Assembly: GCA_965644315.1 (NCBI GenBank)
Contig: CBFFRQ010000068.1
Coordinates: forward strand, 496,001 to 560,000
Source: Caecitellus pseudoparvulus
Taxonomy: Eukaryota > Protista > Bigyra: Bicosoecida
Reading direction: 5' to 3'
Length of the DNA: 64,000 bases
Part shown: piece by piece, positions 1-11,628 of the stretch
How the letters are laid out: every line of letters begins with the position of its first letter
Position numbering within the stretch: the first letter of the stretch is position 1
The notes under the pieces: model-generated
The model's input: only the letters and a program-made list of their open reading frames with translations
Databases searched by the model: none
What the model was told of the DNA's origin: nothing
Translations under genes and position numbers: made by a program

Positions 1-2349
1 GGCTGCCCACAACCCAGCTGTGCGTGACCGCCTCGTCCACGCTGATGCGCCAGGCGGGGTCAGGGTGCAGCAAGCCGCACAGCAAGTTCCGTGCCTTGTC
101 ACTGAACTTGTCAGGGAAGAACCACGCAGGCATGACCAAGGCTGCGCGCTCCGCTGAGGAGAGCTCGGGCAGTCGGCCATACTTAGCTTGCAGCGGGGAA
201 AGGCTGCTGCCATCCTGCAGCCCAGCCGCCGCGAGTGGCTTGGCTGTGCCTCGCCCTTGTTCTGAATCTGATGGGTTGTTGCTGGCGATGCGGTACTCCC
301 TGCACGCAAGACGGTAGGCCTGGACCAAGTCCAGTGCCGTGCGCATGCGGGAGCAAGGCTCAGCAGGGACGCCCCTAGGGGATGCCCCAGACTCCACCTC
401 CTCGCTACACGGGCCCGAGACCGTTGGAGAGCCCAAGTCGGAGGTTTGAGTGTCAGGCGATCCGTGGCGCAGGGCCAGGACAACGGTGCCGAGGCCGCGC
501 TTCCACAGCTGCCGCAGCACCCTATCCCGCCCCGCCACCCACATACAGTAGTGCCTGTACCGTGAACAGGAGCGCAGGTCCTCCGTGAAAGGCAGCGTGC
601 CGCCCAGCATGGCGTACACAATCACGCCACACGACCACACGTCAGCCTTGGTGCCATCATACCCCTCCCCGCTACGACCCTTGTCCCCCAGCGTCAGCAC
701 CTCTGGAGCGATGTAGAAAGGCGTGCCAACGACAGACCTCAGGCGCTGTAAGGATGGGGTGGTGGGGGGCGCTGGGAGGGCCAGGGTGCTTGGGCCTGGG
801 CTTGCTGCCGGCCCAAGGAAGGGCGAGCTTAGCTGCACACCAGTGCCGCTGATTCCCCCTGCATAGGGGGAGGCAGCCCCAGACGTCTGCACAGCAGGGG
901 CTGAGGGGGCAATGCCTGGGGAAAGCGGCAAGGAAGCTGCCGCCCCGAGGGAAAGTGGAGGGGGCAGGCCCACCGTCCCAGCAAGTGGAGGCGCCGCCGG
1001 CGACAGACCTGGCGAAGCTCCATCCCCAGCACCTGCCAGCATGCTGGACCTCAAGGCAGCCAGGCCAAAGTCGGCGATTTTCAACGTTGAGTTCGTCGCA
1101 TCCAGGGTCAACGCTGCTGTCGGCGACTGGGCAGACTTGGGGCTCTCCCCATCGGACACCGGCGCAGGCTCGCTGTCCAAGTCATCCTGGCTGCTGCGAG
1201 AGAGGTCAGAGTCCCCGTCCGCATCGCGCACAGGCGACGGGGTGGAGGCATCCCCTGGCTCTGTCACGAGGAGGTTTTCCGGTTTCAAGTCCCGGTGCGC
1301 GACGCCACGCTCGTGGCAGTAAGACAGCCCCAGCAGCAGCTGCTGCACGAAGTGCCGCGCAGTTCCCTCGGCTGGGCCTGCGAGTCCCTTGTCCATAGGG
1401 ATGCGGTCGAAGAGCTCCCCGCCACGGGCGATTTCCATGACCAAGAACAGGGTTGTGCAGGTATCTTGAATGTGTTCCAGGACGTCCCACAGCGCCAGCA
1501 CGTTCGGGTGGCCACAGCCTTCACGACCGCTGCTGAGTGTCTGCATAACGGCAATTTCGCGGTACAGCCGCCGCCGCTTTTGCAGGAATTGAATGTACTT
1601 AGTGGGCACCACAGGCAGGGGCACGCTGCGGCCTCGCACGGTGGCGGTTCCCGCAACATTCTCCACGCCTGCCGACTCGTCGGCTTGAGCCGGCTCCACA
1701 CCCCAAATGTCCATGCACTGGCGCAAGGTGACCTCGGCGAGCTTGCCAGTGGAAGCCTTCGGCAGGGCTGCCAGCACCGTTCGATTGATGGGGTTGTACA
1801 CCCACGTCACGTGTCTGCGAAAGGCGAGGCAAGGTCTCGTTCTTCGATCTGAAGCACTGGGGATGCAGGACACCCCAGGAAAGTGTGGACACTCGCAAGG
1901 CAGTGCGCAGAACGTACAGTGGCATGAGTTGGTCGTAGTCATCGATGTCCTTTCCCTGTGAATGGACGGGGGGAGCAAGGGTTGCTTTCTGGCAAGTTGG
2001 CGTGGCGAACCAGGTGCGGCAAAGGCGTGGAATGGCACGACGGACCTTCACCACCACCGGGCAGCGCTGCAGGACGGTGGAGGGGGTCAGGGGATAGCTG
2101 ACCGGATTCATGACTTTGATTGCGCACTCCTGCAAGGTGAGGCGCGCGTGGCGTGGTGGCACGTGCTGCACCGACGCATGCCCTGGGAGGAGCTGGCGTT
2201 TCACGCACCATGCCGCTTCCCAGGTGCTCTGCCTCGTGGACATTGCCGGCGTTGCCGCCGCCCAGGAAGGTGCCCACAGAGTACACAGCCACATCGTCAA
2301 CTTTGATGGTGGATCCATCGTAGGATGAGATGGACCGCGGGCCTGCCAT
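1..2349 (-). CDS. Ser/Thr protein kinase, CAMK/SnRK-like; 3' end runs off the window start; 3 introns near the 5' end
   Basis: The spliced reading gives [75 protein letters not shown] and [20 protein letters not shown]. The frame stays open to base 1. Confidence 0.9.
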
Positions 2350-2757
2350 GGCGAGCGCTGCTGATGCGTGTCAGTGTCGTGCGGGGTAGGCACGTTTCAC
2401 GGCTGTTGGCCCGCAACAACTGAGCGCGTTGCTCGCCCTGCTGACGTGCTCCAAGGGGTCCACCAAACAATCCTCGCTGAGGGTGCCTTGGAAAACGTGT
2501 GGGGGCGGGGATCGGTGGAGGGTGTTTGCTCCACACCGAGTGTTGTCCCTGTCGCTCGAGAGCGTTTCGCGCTGAGCTAGGAGAGCATGCATTCCATGCC
2601 CGAGTCAACGCCACGTGACATATGGCCGGGGCTTGGCACATTTGACCATTCAAGCGCCATACGTGCCCCCCCCCTCCCCTATCTACTTCTCCACGGGCTC
2701 CGCGCACTGAGACGGCACTGACGCAGCTTCGGACCGGAAAGTGAAGTGGCAATCAAC

Positions 2758-3438
2758 ATGGCAGCTGCTCGAAAGTCGGCTGCCCTGGCTGCGGCTGCTG
2801 CTCGCACAGTGCTGCAGCAGGAGCCGGCACACTTCGGCTTCATGGCTTGCAAGGCATCGGCAGCATCTGCGCTGTCTGCGCAGCCCAACCGCGCCCTGCA
2901 TGCGTCAGCCTCGGCTGGAAACAACGCGATAATTGTTGGGAGTTTCGCCGTGGCAGCCGGCGCCATCGGCATGCGGTACGCCATGCAGGTGAGTGGTGAG
3001 CACACCTGGTGGGAGCTATGGCATGCCAGAGCAACGAGGTTCGGGCCTCTAGCCAGCCTGTGCCGCGCAGTCTCCGCGCCGGTGTGGCAGTCGTGTTCGG
3101 CGGCGTTTCATGTGGGTATTACACCGCTTCACCCACACATGCCGGCTCCGTGTGCTGCGCAGGCTTACGAGCAGTGGTCCACAGACCCCGCACGAAAGCA
3201 CAATGCGATGAAGTGGCACTACAAGGGCGACTTCGAAGACGAAATGTCAACTTCCGAGGCAGCCAAGATCCTCGGCATCCGCGAGAGCGCCAGCGTGGAT
3301 GCCGTGCGCAAGGCCCACCGCAAGCTCATGATCCTGAACCACCCCGATGCAGGGGGCAGCACCTACCTTGCTGGCAAAGTGAATGAGGCAAAGGACAAGC
3401 TCATGGGCAAGAGCGGCCAGAAGGCCAAGATGGACTGA
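2758..3438 (+). CDS. PAM18: Mitochondrial import motor J-protein Pam18/Tim14; intron 2989-3162
   Basis: Presequence-like N-terminus, a TM segment, then YKGDFEDEMSTSEAAKILG...HRKLMILNHPDAGGSTYLAGKVNEAKD, the Pam18/DNAJC19 J-domain with HPD. Confidence 0.93.
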   Translation: MAAARKSAALAAAAARTVLQQEPAHFGFMACKASAASALSAQPNRALHASASAGNNAIIVGSFAVAAGAIGMRYAMQVSGEHTWWELWHARATRFGPLASLCRAVSAPVWQSCSAAFHVGITPLHPHMPAPCAAQAYEQWSTDPARKHNAMKWHYKGDFEDEMSTSEAAKILGIRESASVDAVRKAHRKLMILNHPDAGGSTYLAGKVNEAKDKLMGKSGQKAKMD

Positions 3439-3695
3439 TTCCGTGCAGCTCCCGGGCAGCCAGGACGTCAGCCTTGCTTCTTGTGTTTTGCATCCCGAAC
3501 ATTGACAGGAGGCGCTGGCCCAGATGACAGGCTTCTCGCTGGACCGATCTTTGGCTGTGTTGTCTGCCGCCGCATTGCCCCCCCAATAATCTGCCGGCGG
3601 TGCAGCGATACGGCCGGAACCTCGCCGCAATTCAATCTTCAGACGCCAACCGCTGGACAACGGCAGGGAACGTGGCATGCGTCTTGCTCATCCAC

Positions 3696-4865
3696 ATGGG
3701 CTGCAGTGCATCGAATGTGTGCTGGTTTGGTGAGGAGGCGCAAGCGACCTCAGCAGCGTCACCAGGCGGGCAGACGGGCGCCAGTTCATTCCGCGAGGTC
3801 TCGGCTGATGCCGTTTGTGACCACCCCAATGGCGCATCCAGAGTGACGTTTGGGCCCTACTTTGCGTCCAGCGATGCAGCCCCCATGGATGCAGTGTTCA
3901 AGCGGGCTGAAGGCCCGTCGCCGCGACGCAGGCGTGCTGGCCTTCGACAGGCAACCATGGCCTCCTTCCGACGAGGCAGGGCTGAACGGCGCATGATGCG
4001 CCTGCTGGAAGCTGTCTTTCATGTAGACTCTGGCGCCTTCCTCGGGAACCGCCGCTTACACCGCACGCCATCTCCGGGCCATTTCGTTCCCCCCTTCGTG
4101 CCGAGGGTCCACAGCACGCCGCACGTGCTGGTCTTCCCTCGCCAACCGGCCCTGAGCCTCTCCCTCCGAAGCCTTGCGGCAGCATGCGCAGCTCTGCGAA
4201 GGCTGCATTGTGCAGGCTTCTCCCACCTCGATGTCAAGGCCTGCCACTTGGTGCACATGGCTCCAAGGCACGCGGCCCTGGTGGACTGGGAGTGTGCCCA
4301 GTACTTGCCCACAGCCCGACTGCGTCGCGGCAGCCAGGACGCTGTGCAGACCAAACACATGGAAGTGGCAGTCGCTCGAAGGGGGACGGCTCAAGACGAT
4401 CTGGCCTTGCTCGCGCGAGGCTCTGTCGTGGGGCAACTGGGCAGGTGGCTGCGATGGCAGCGCAGCAGCTTGCGGCGCCAGGACTGGCTCGCCGGCCTTT
4501 CTGGGCAGGCTTGGGTGAGCGTTGATGCAGCATTGCAGGTGGGATCGCCGGCAGGCCTGCCACCGGAATGCGCGGCCCCCTTGCACGACTTGGCGGCCTA
4601 CGACTCCCACGAGCGGGCCTGGGCGGTGACATGCGCCCCCTTCGCGCACTCCTTCCAGCACCCACACCCATGGCCAGCGAGGGATGCATGGGCCATGGGC
4701 TGCATCCTCCGAGACCACCACTTTCCAGGCGACCCAGTGTTGTCTTGCCTCGTCCGGTGCCTGCAAGCGGAGCAGTGGTCTGATCGCTGCCCTCTGCTGA
4801 TTGCTGAGGTTACTCTGCAGGGCATGCTGTGCCGGAGTGGCGAGCAAGATGGTGCTCCTACCTGA
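3696..4865 (+). CDS. Divergent protein-kinase-like protein (probable pseudokinase) with an N-terminal acylation motif
   Basis: First ATG gives MGCSAS. Kinase-fold remnants are HLDVKACH, LVDWE, GSPAGLPPE and DAWAMG. Confidence 0.6.
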   Translation: MGCSASNVCWFGEEAQATSAASPGGQTGASSFREVSADAVCDHPNGASRVTFGPYFASSDAAPMDAVFKRAEGPSPRRRRAGLRQATMASFRRGRAERRMMRLLEAVFHVDSGAFLGNRRLHRTPSPGHFVPPFVPRVHSTPHVLVFPRQPALSLSLRSLAAACAALRRLHCAGFSHLDVKACHLVHMAPRHAALVDWECAQYLPTARLRRGSQDAVQTKHMEVAVARRGTAQDDLALLARGSVVGQLGRWLRWQRSSLRRQDWLAGLSGQAWVSVDAALQVGSPAGLPPECAAPLHDLAAYDSHERAWAVTCAPFAHSFQHPHPWPARDAWAMGCILRDHHFPGDPVLSCLVRCLQAEQWSDRCPLLIAEVTLQGMLCRSGEQDGAPT

Positions 4866-4939
4866 CCATGCCACGCTGTGAGAGACCAATCCCAGGCTGT
4901 GCAGGACAAGAAATACCTCCCTCGTGCGCTGCCTGGCCG

Positions 4940-6332
4940 CTATTTGCCGGCACCGGGTGCGTCTGCCGCTGCCCCAGCGCCAGGCACGCCCATGACGGGC
5001 GGCAAGTCAAAATGCTCGCGCTGCAGCTTGAATGCATCAAAACGCTGGGCAGCGTAGTCAATGAAATCAAACTCCACCTCACTGAAGGCCGCCTGCATGA
5101 TGGACCAGACGCCCCACAAGAGGTGGCTGGCCAGAGCGTACATGTTGCCCATGCGAGTACAGGCAGCCCAGAACTGCGCTTGCTCCTCAGCAGTCCAGTC
5201 AGACTGAACGATAGCAGGGCATCTGGCTTCCACGTAGTGCTGCATGAATGCCTTGGCAAGGTCAGGCGAAGGGTACTCATGCAGGGAGCCCCGAAAGTCG
5301 AACCCTGCGTACTCGCACCAGTGGTTGCCAATGTCGAAGCCAGCTGGGTTAAGGCCTGCATACTCCCAATCAATAAAGTGCACAGCATCAGGGTCTTCTG
5401 CCGCCACGAGGACGTTGCCGCTGTTCACGTCGTTGTGACACACCACTTGCGAAGTCATGACCGACGAAGCAGCTTCGCTTGGCCCTGCATCCGCCGTAGC
5501 AGCTCCACTTGAAACAGCTGCAAGCTCACCCTTGAGCTTCTGGACGGCTGCTTCGATCCACGCCAGGTCTACACCTCGCAGCAGCTTCGCCTTGCCAGGC
5601 TCTGAGTGCACGAGGGCCTTGACTTGGCCGAGCCAGCTGCCCAGCTGCTGCCACAGCACGCTCTCCCCACTCGAGCCACAGTGCGCGATAGAGATATCCA
5701 AAGCATGCACTCGGGCAAGTTTTTGAGCAATGAGGGCTTGGAACTCGGGCTGAAGGAAAGCAGGGCGCGGGGGGGCGGGTGTGAACAGTGGACAACTATG
5801 TGCTGCGTGACGTGCGTCTCACCTGCCCCATGCGCTGGGGCGGAGTGATGGGCTCCGCGTCTATCCAACCCTCAACCCGGCCATTTGAGAAGCTTCCATA
5901 GTACCTTGGTCCCAGGCCCGCCGCGGACACCTCCTCTGCGACCTCTGTGACTTGCAGCACCACTTGAGTGCAGAGGCAGTGCCCCAGAAACGCCCAGCTC
6001 GCCAACTCACTGTTGTCTCGGGCTCGATCGATGAGGAGGTCACTCCCTGATCCAAACACCCGAACGAGCACCTTGATATCCCCAATGCACACTTTGAAGA
6101 GGGCATTCGTCGTGCCGCCTGACACCACCGTCACAGTTGCCGGCAAGTCTGGGTCTGTCCCAGGCACCAAAGACCGCACGACTGCCACGAGCTGCTCAGC
6201 GCGCTGCGGACCAGGCTTCAGCTGCACAGTGCATGCAACTGCTGCACATGGTGAAGATGGGGCTGCCGAGTCCTCCGCGACAGCAGCCTCGCCTGCTTGT
6301 GCAGGCAAGCGCTTGACAGCGCTGGGCGGCAT
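4940..6332 (-). CDS. ETNK: Ethanolamine/choline kinase; introns 5945-6010 and 5750-5822
   Basis: VSGGTTNALFK, VLVRVFG, LLIDR, FSNGRVEGWI, Brenner motif CHNDVNSGNVL, FIDWEYAGLN, FDIGNHWCEYAG, ASHLLWGVWS. Confidence 0.92.
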
Positions 6333-6742
6333 GGGAGCTAAAGTCTGTCCGGGAGCTGCAAGTCAGCAAAGCCCAGAGGAAAGGGGAGTGGCTCCTTGCT
6401 CCCGTATTTTGCAGCAGTTGTTGCCTGTGCCGCGTGTTGAGTTTTGAAGGCAGGGGCCTGATGGTGTTGTCCACTGGCTTGTTTCGCTTCAATCTCGCAG
6501 CCACACTTTCCACTGCTGCAAGGCTGTTCCCACAGCCGAACACCCCCCTCCCGTTCCTTGCAGGACCCAGCAGCGGCCAGAATATCTTCTCAAAGCAGCT
6601 GTCTTGGCAAACTGAGCGAAGTGTCGTGCGCATTCCATCTGCCCTTGCCATCGGCTGGCTCCTGTCTTGTCCCTCCCACAGACCCGCGAAGGTGGCACTC
6701 CACTGAGTCACAAGGTCATTCACGAAGTACTTCATTACTCCC

Positions 6743-7876
6743 ATGGACTTGCTAGCAAACGTCGCGCTGAGCGGCGGCTTGCAGCAGCTGGGAGGGACGA
6801 AACGGGAACGGGAGGAAGGTCCAATTTCCGCCCCCGTGCCGGCGCCGTCGGGGCAAGAATCCTCCGCCCTTGCGGCACATTCAGCCCAACACAAGGCCAA
6901 TTCGCGCGAAACTAGCACAGATGATGCTATCCTTGAGGGGCCAGCGTCCCCAGTTTCATCCCCTGGCCCTGAAGAGGCAGCGGCGGCTGCGGCAACATCC
7001 ACAGAGCCTGCTCCACACAGGGGAGGGAAGCAGCTGCTGCTGTTCCATTGTGCGGGAGGGCCCATGGCTGCGGTGATGGTGTCGCGAGAGCATGTGGGCC
7101 GTCTCATGACACCGGAAGAGAAGCGCGAACATCTCCGAGCAACCTTGCCGACAAAGCTTGCCATGGAGGTGGAGAGCATCGAAGGCGGTCGCATCGCCTG
7201 TCCCTGCTGCATGAAAGCATTCCAGCAAGCCAGCCGCCAGGGAGGTGAGTAAACTTGCTTCGTGTGTCGCTCCCCGGGCCCTGTGCGCGCACAAGCCCGC
7301 CCGCCCCCGCTCCCGCCAGATGAGGACCTGTACGTCAAGTCCAGCGGCAGAGAAGCCTCCATCCGCCAGATGATTCGAGACAAGCACGTGGTGAAGCTGG
7401 CAATCCGGCACCACCCGGAAAAAGGACGCATCTTGGTGGCTGTGGAGGACATCCCGGAAGGCACGTTCATCATGGAGTACGGTGGGCAACTCATCAGCGG
7501 GGAGGAAGCTGTCCGGCGAGAGGCTGCCTACAACCACGCAGGCTGTGGCTCCTACATGTACTTTTTTGAGCACAATGGCCGGCAGCACTGGTGAGCCTTG
7601 CCGCCTGGCTCTGCACGAAGCACGCAGCGCTCACCCAGCTCCCGCCCCCCCTACAGCGTGGATGCGACGGCTGAGATATCGTCATATGGCAAGGGGCGCC
7701 TGCTGAGCCATAGCCGCGCTCACCAAAACCTGCGTCCCGGCAAGACCACCATGCTGGGGGTGCCGCGGCTATACTTCACCGCCAGCCAGCACATCCCGGC
7801 CGGTACAGAGCTTCAGTACGACTACGGCGAGCGCGATGCCAAGGTCGTGGAGCAGTTGAAGTGGCTGGCTGAGTGA
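6743..7876 (+). CDS. SET-domain lysine methyltransferase, PR-Set7/KMT5A-like (H4K20); introns 7245-7319 and 7591-7656
   Basis: KGRILVA, FIMEYGGQLI, SYMYFF, CVDAT, GRLLSHS and ELQYDYGER resemble the SET8-family YMYYF/CVDAT/ELLYDYGDR signatures. Confidence 0.8.
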
Positions 7877-8367
7877 TGTCTTGCTCAGGTGTGTAGATTT
7901 CTGGGCATTGACTTGTTCCTGTCCACCCCGTGGCTGGGGGTGACTGAGGTGAGTGGGGCTGCCTTGCCCACCCTTCTGGCATGGGCGCTCGACACAGCAG
8001 CATGTTGGACCTGCCTTCGCCCCGGCCGCATCGCCGAAGACACGCCCGGTGCCCTTTCATTTGCACCTAGGCAGAAATTTATCCAGAGGAAGTACAGTGC
8101 TGCTGTGTTTCGATTCGGAAATGGGGCCTGCTCTGCAGGTTGTCGACGAAGTAAGCTGCGCCAGAGTGCTGATGCGGCACGCGTGTGGGAGGCCTGATGA
8201 AGCTGCAATGCAAAACATCCAAGGAATTGGGTTCAAAAAACGACTATAGAAAGATTCCTGAAGTACTGTGTTCCGTGCCACTTCTGAACTGCGACGACAC
8301 TTTGTCCCCGCACCTGCCAACTCTGTGTCCGCTGCAAGGGCACAAGCAATTTCCGCGGGCAGACATC

Positions 8368-9299
8368 ATGGCGTGCAGAGCACTGCACCGCTGCATGGTG
8401 AGAGTGGTGGGCAGGTGAGCAGTGCATGCATGTGGAGTCTGCTTCTTGTAGTACCTGTCGCCCTTTGTGCGTTTGACAGGCCGAAGCCTAGCGCCCCGGC
8501 TATCCACCCAATTGCTGGAGCTGGTCCCCTGGCTGTGTCGCGCCTGGCGCGTGCTGGGCCTCAGCACGTGGTGCCTGCTCGCTTTGCGGGGCACTCCAAG
8601 TGGGCCAACATCAAGCACCGGAAAGGCGCGCAGGACAAGAAGAAGGCCATGCTGCGCTCGAAGCTGGCAAGGTCAGTTGAGCTGGCTGCCAAAGCCGGCG
8701 GCCTTGACCTCAGCACAAACCTGCGCTTGGGGTATGCGCTGGACTCTGCAAAGCGGGCAGGCGTACCTAAAGACGTCATTCAGCGTGCCCTCTCCCGCGC
8801 TGAGAGCGGGTCAGGGTCGGCGCTGGAGGAGGTCGTGTACGAAGCACGTGGCCCCGGCGGCGTCGTGCTGCTGGTGGAGTGCCAGACTGACAATCGCAAG
8901 CGGACGGCACCCTTGGTGCGGCTGGCGCTGAAGCATCACGAAGGCGAGTTGCTGCCTTCAGGGGGCGCCTCGTTTGCATTTTCTCGCGTGGGGCACTTGA
9001 AGGTTCCCAGCCCAAAGCCAGAGGAAGAGGAGGCCTTGCTGGAGCAGGTGCTGGAGGCGGGGGGCGAGGAGGTGTTCGAGGAAGGCGAAGCTACCGTTGT
9101 GGTGACGCCACCCACCGAGCTGGACGTGGTGGTCCGTGGCTTGAAGGCTGCTGAGTGTGAAGTGTGGGACGCAGAGCTGGCCTGGGTGCCCGAGATGCCA
9201 GTGGAGCTATCTGCCGAGGACGGTGAGACCCTCATGGCTCTGGTGGAGGACCTTGACGACTTGGAGGATGTGCACCGAGTGTGGCACAACGCGGTGTAG
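8368..9299 (+). CDS. TACO1: YebC/PmpR-family protein, mitochondrial TACO1-like; intron 8415-8479
   Basis: Arg-rich presequence, then AGHSKWANIKHRKGAQD, YEARGPGG, TDNRKRT and LDDLEDVHRVWHN. Confidence 0.9.
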
Positions 9300-9702
9300 A
9301 GTTCGAGGCAGCGTGGGGTCCTGAGCAAGCGCGTGCAAGCATGGGCTTGTCCATGTGGCTCTTGGTTCGAGCACGCAAGCATGCCACATCGCTGCTTGGG
9401 CCCTTCTTCGGCTAGACAGTGCAGCTGGGTTCTTGTGCATGGACGTCTTCCTTTGAGAACTGTAGCAGGCGCGGAGAGGGGCCCGGGGCAGCCCCTGCCC
9501 TCTGAGAGTCAAGCAGTGCAGCTTGCGGCCTCTGACGCTGCGACCGAAGCGACGCAGCCAACATGCAGTGCTAGAACAGCGCTGCATGCGCCAACAGCCA
9601 TCACTTTCTTCCACCCGCACAATTCAAGCCGGCCTACGCGTTGAGCACCCCCTGACGAGTGTCCCCCCGCGCTTTGCGTGCTTCTGTTCAGGACGTTCAG
9701 AC

Positions 9703-11561
9703 ATGGCTGTCGCTGCCGCTGCAGCAAGCGCCCTGCGCGGCTCCCGCAGCTGGCTCCGAACCGCCGCCCTGCCCGCCGCTGCCCAGGTGCGTGCCCGTAC
9801 AGTGTGTGCCGTGCTCTCGCAGTGTGCATTGGTGGGTGCCTTCCTCTGCACAGGTTGCGGGTCTGTGCGCGCCTGCCGGCACAGCAGGCATGTGCACTGC
9901 ACCAGCAGCTCCAACCCCTGCCGAGACCTTCCACAAGTTTCAGCAGCGCCTGCAAGCCGCCCGTGAGAAGGCACTGGTCGGTGGTGGGGAGAAGCGCATT
10001 GCTAAGCAGGTCAGTGTGGCGGCGCTGCGCGTCCTACGATGAAGGCGCGCCACGTCAGCGCTGCCTGGTGCAGTGCCGTATCACCCCTCAACTTCCGCAC
10101 TGCAACTTTGGCGCTCATGTGCAGCATGCCAAGGGAAAGCTCACAGCCCGTGAGCGTCTGGATGTGTTCCTTGATGAGGGGAGCTTCCGGGAGTACGACC
10201 AGCTGAAGCAGCACCGCTGCGTGGACTTCGGCATGGCCGAGGAGTCGATGCCAGGCGATGGTGTGGTTACGGGGCACGGCACCGTGGACGGCCGCCTGGT
10301 GTTCGTGTTCAGCCAGGACTTCACCGTGTCTGGCGGCAGCCTCAGCGAGACGCACGCGCAGAAGATCTGCAAGATCATGGACAAGGCCATGTCTGTGGGG
10401 GCGCCCGTCATCGGCCTGAACGACTCCGGCGGCGCGCGCATCCAGGAAGGCGTGGACTCCCTCGCTGGCTACGCGGAGGTGTTCCAGCGCAACGTGGACG
10501 CGTCGGGCGTGGTGCCGCAGCTGACCATGATCATGGGCCCCTGCGCCGGCGGTGCGGTGTACTCGCCAGCCATGACCGACTTCACCTTCATGGTGCGAGA
10601 CACCTCCTTCATGTTCGTGACAGGGCCCGACGTCGTGAAGACCGTGACGCAGGAGAGCGTGACGCAGGAGGAGCTGGGCGGCGCCAAGACCCACACGCAG
10701 ACGTCTGGAGTCGCCCACGGCGCCTTCGAGAACGACCTGGAGGCGCTGGCCGCCCTGCGCGAGCTGGTCAGCTTCCTGCCCGCCTCCAGCCAAGAGGCGC
10801 CGCCCACCCTGCCCACTGCAGACTCCCCCACGCGGGAGTGTGACAGCCTGCGCCGCATCGTGCCCACGGACCCCAACGTGCCGTACGACATGAAGATGGT
10901 GGCTGCTGAGGTGCTGGACGACGGGAACATGTTCGAGATCATGCCGGACTACGCCAAGAACATCATCGTCGGCTTCGGGCGCCTGAACGGCTCCACCGTC
11001 GGCATTGTCGGCAACCAGCCCCTGGAGCTGGCAGGCTGCCTGGACATCAACAGCTCCGTGAAGGCTGGCCGCTTCGTGCGCTTCTGCGACGCCTTCAACA
11101 TCCCCCTCGTCACCTTCGTGGACGTGCCCGGCTTCCTGCCTGGCACGGCGCAGGAGTACGGCGGCATCATCCGCCACGGCGCCAAGTTGCTGTACGCCTA
11201 CGCGGAGGCCAGCGTGCCCAAGCTCACCGTCATCACCCGCAAAGCGTACGGTGGCGCGTACGACGTCATGTCCTCCAAGCACCTGCGGGGGGATGTCAAC
11301 TACTCCTGGCCCACAGGGCAAGTGGCCGTCATGGGCGCCAAGGGGGCTGTGGAGATCATCTTCCGAGGCCAGCAGGTGGAGGAGCGCACGCAGGAGTACC
11401 AGGAGACCTTTGCCAACCCCATGCGTGCTGCTGAGCGGGGCTTCATCGATGACATCATCGACCCCGGCACCACTCGCCAGCGGCTGATTGAGGACTTGGA
11501 GGTGCTGAAGAACAAGAAGCGCCCCAGCTTCCCCAAGCACCACGGCAACATTCCGCTGTGA
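9703..11561 (+). CDS. PCCB: Propionyl-CoA carboxylase beta chain, mitochondrial; introns 9787-9853 and 10010-10124
   Basis: [67 protein letters not shown]. Confidence 0.97.
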
Positions 11562-11614
11562 GGTGGGTGTGCGGCGGCCCCCGGCCCCGCCTCCCGTGCT
11601 GCCTGCTGGGCGGG

Positions 11615-11628
11615 GTGAATGCATTCAC
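11615..11628. promoter_or_regulatory. Perfect 14-bp palindrome GTGAATGCATTCAC at the PCCB/SBDS convergent junction; candidate bidirectional 3'-end signal
   Basis: The sequence is self-complementary and contains the SBDS stop codon (11625-11627). Function is inferred. Confidence 0.4.

Noticed and set aside
10011-11624. 537-aa ORF antisense to PCCB, and many other long antisense or off-frame ORFs (e.g. 42121-43674, 55251-56810, 30983-32455)
   Set aside because: These are shadow ORFs expected from high GC3 codon bias. They have no recognisable motifs and lie opposite clear genes.
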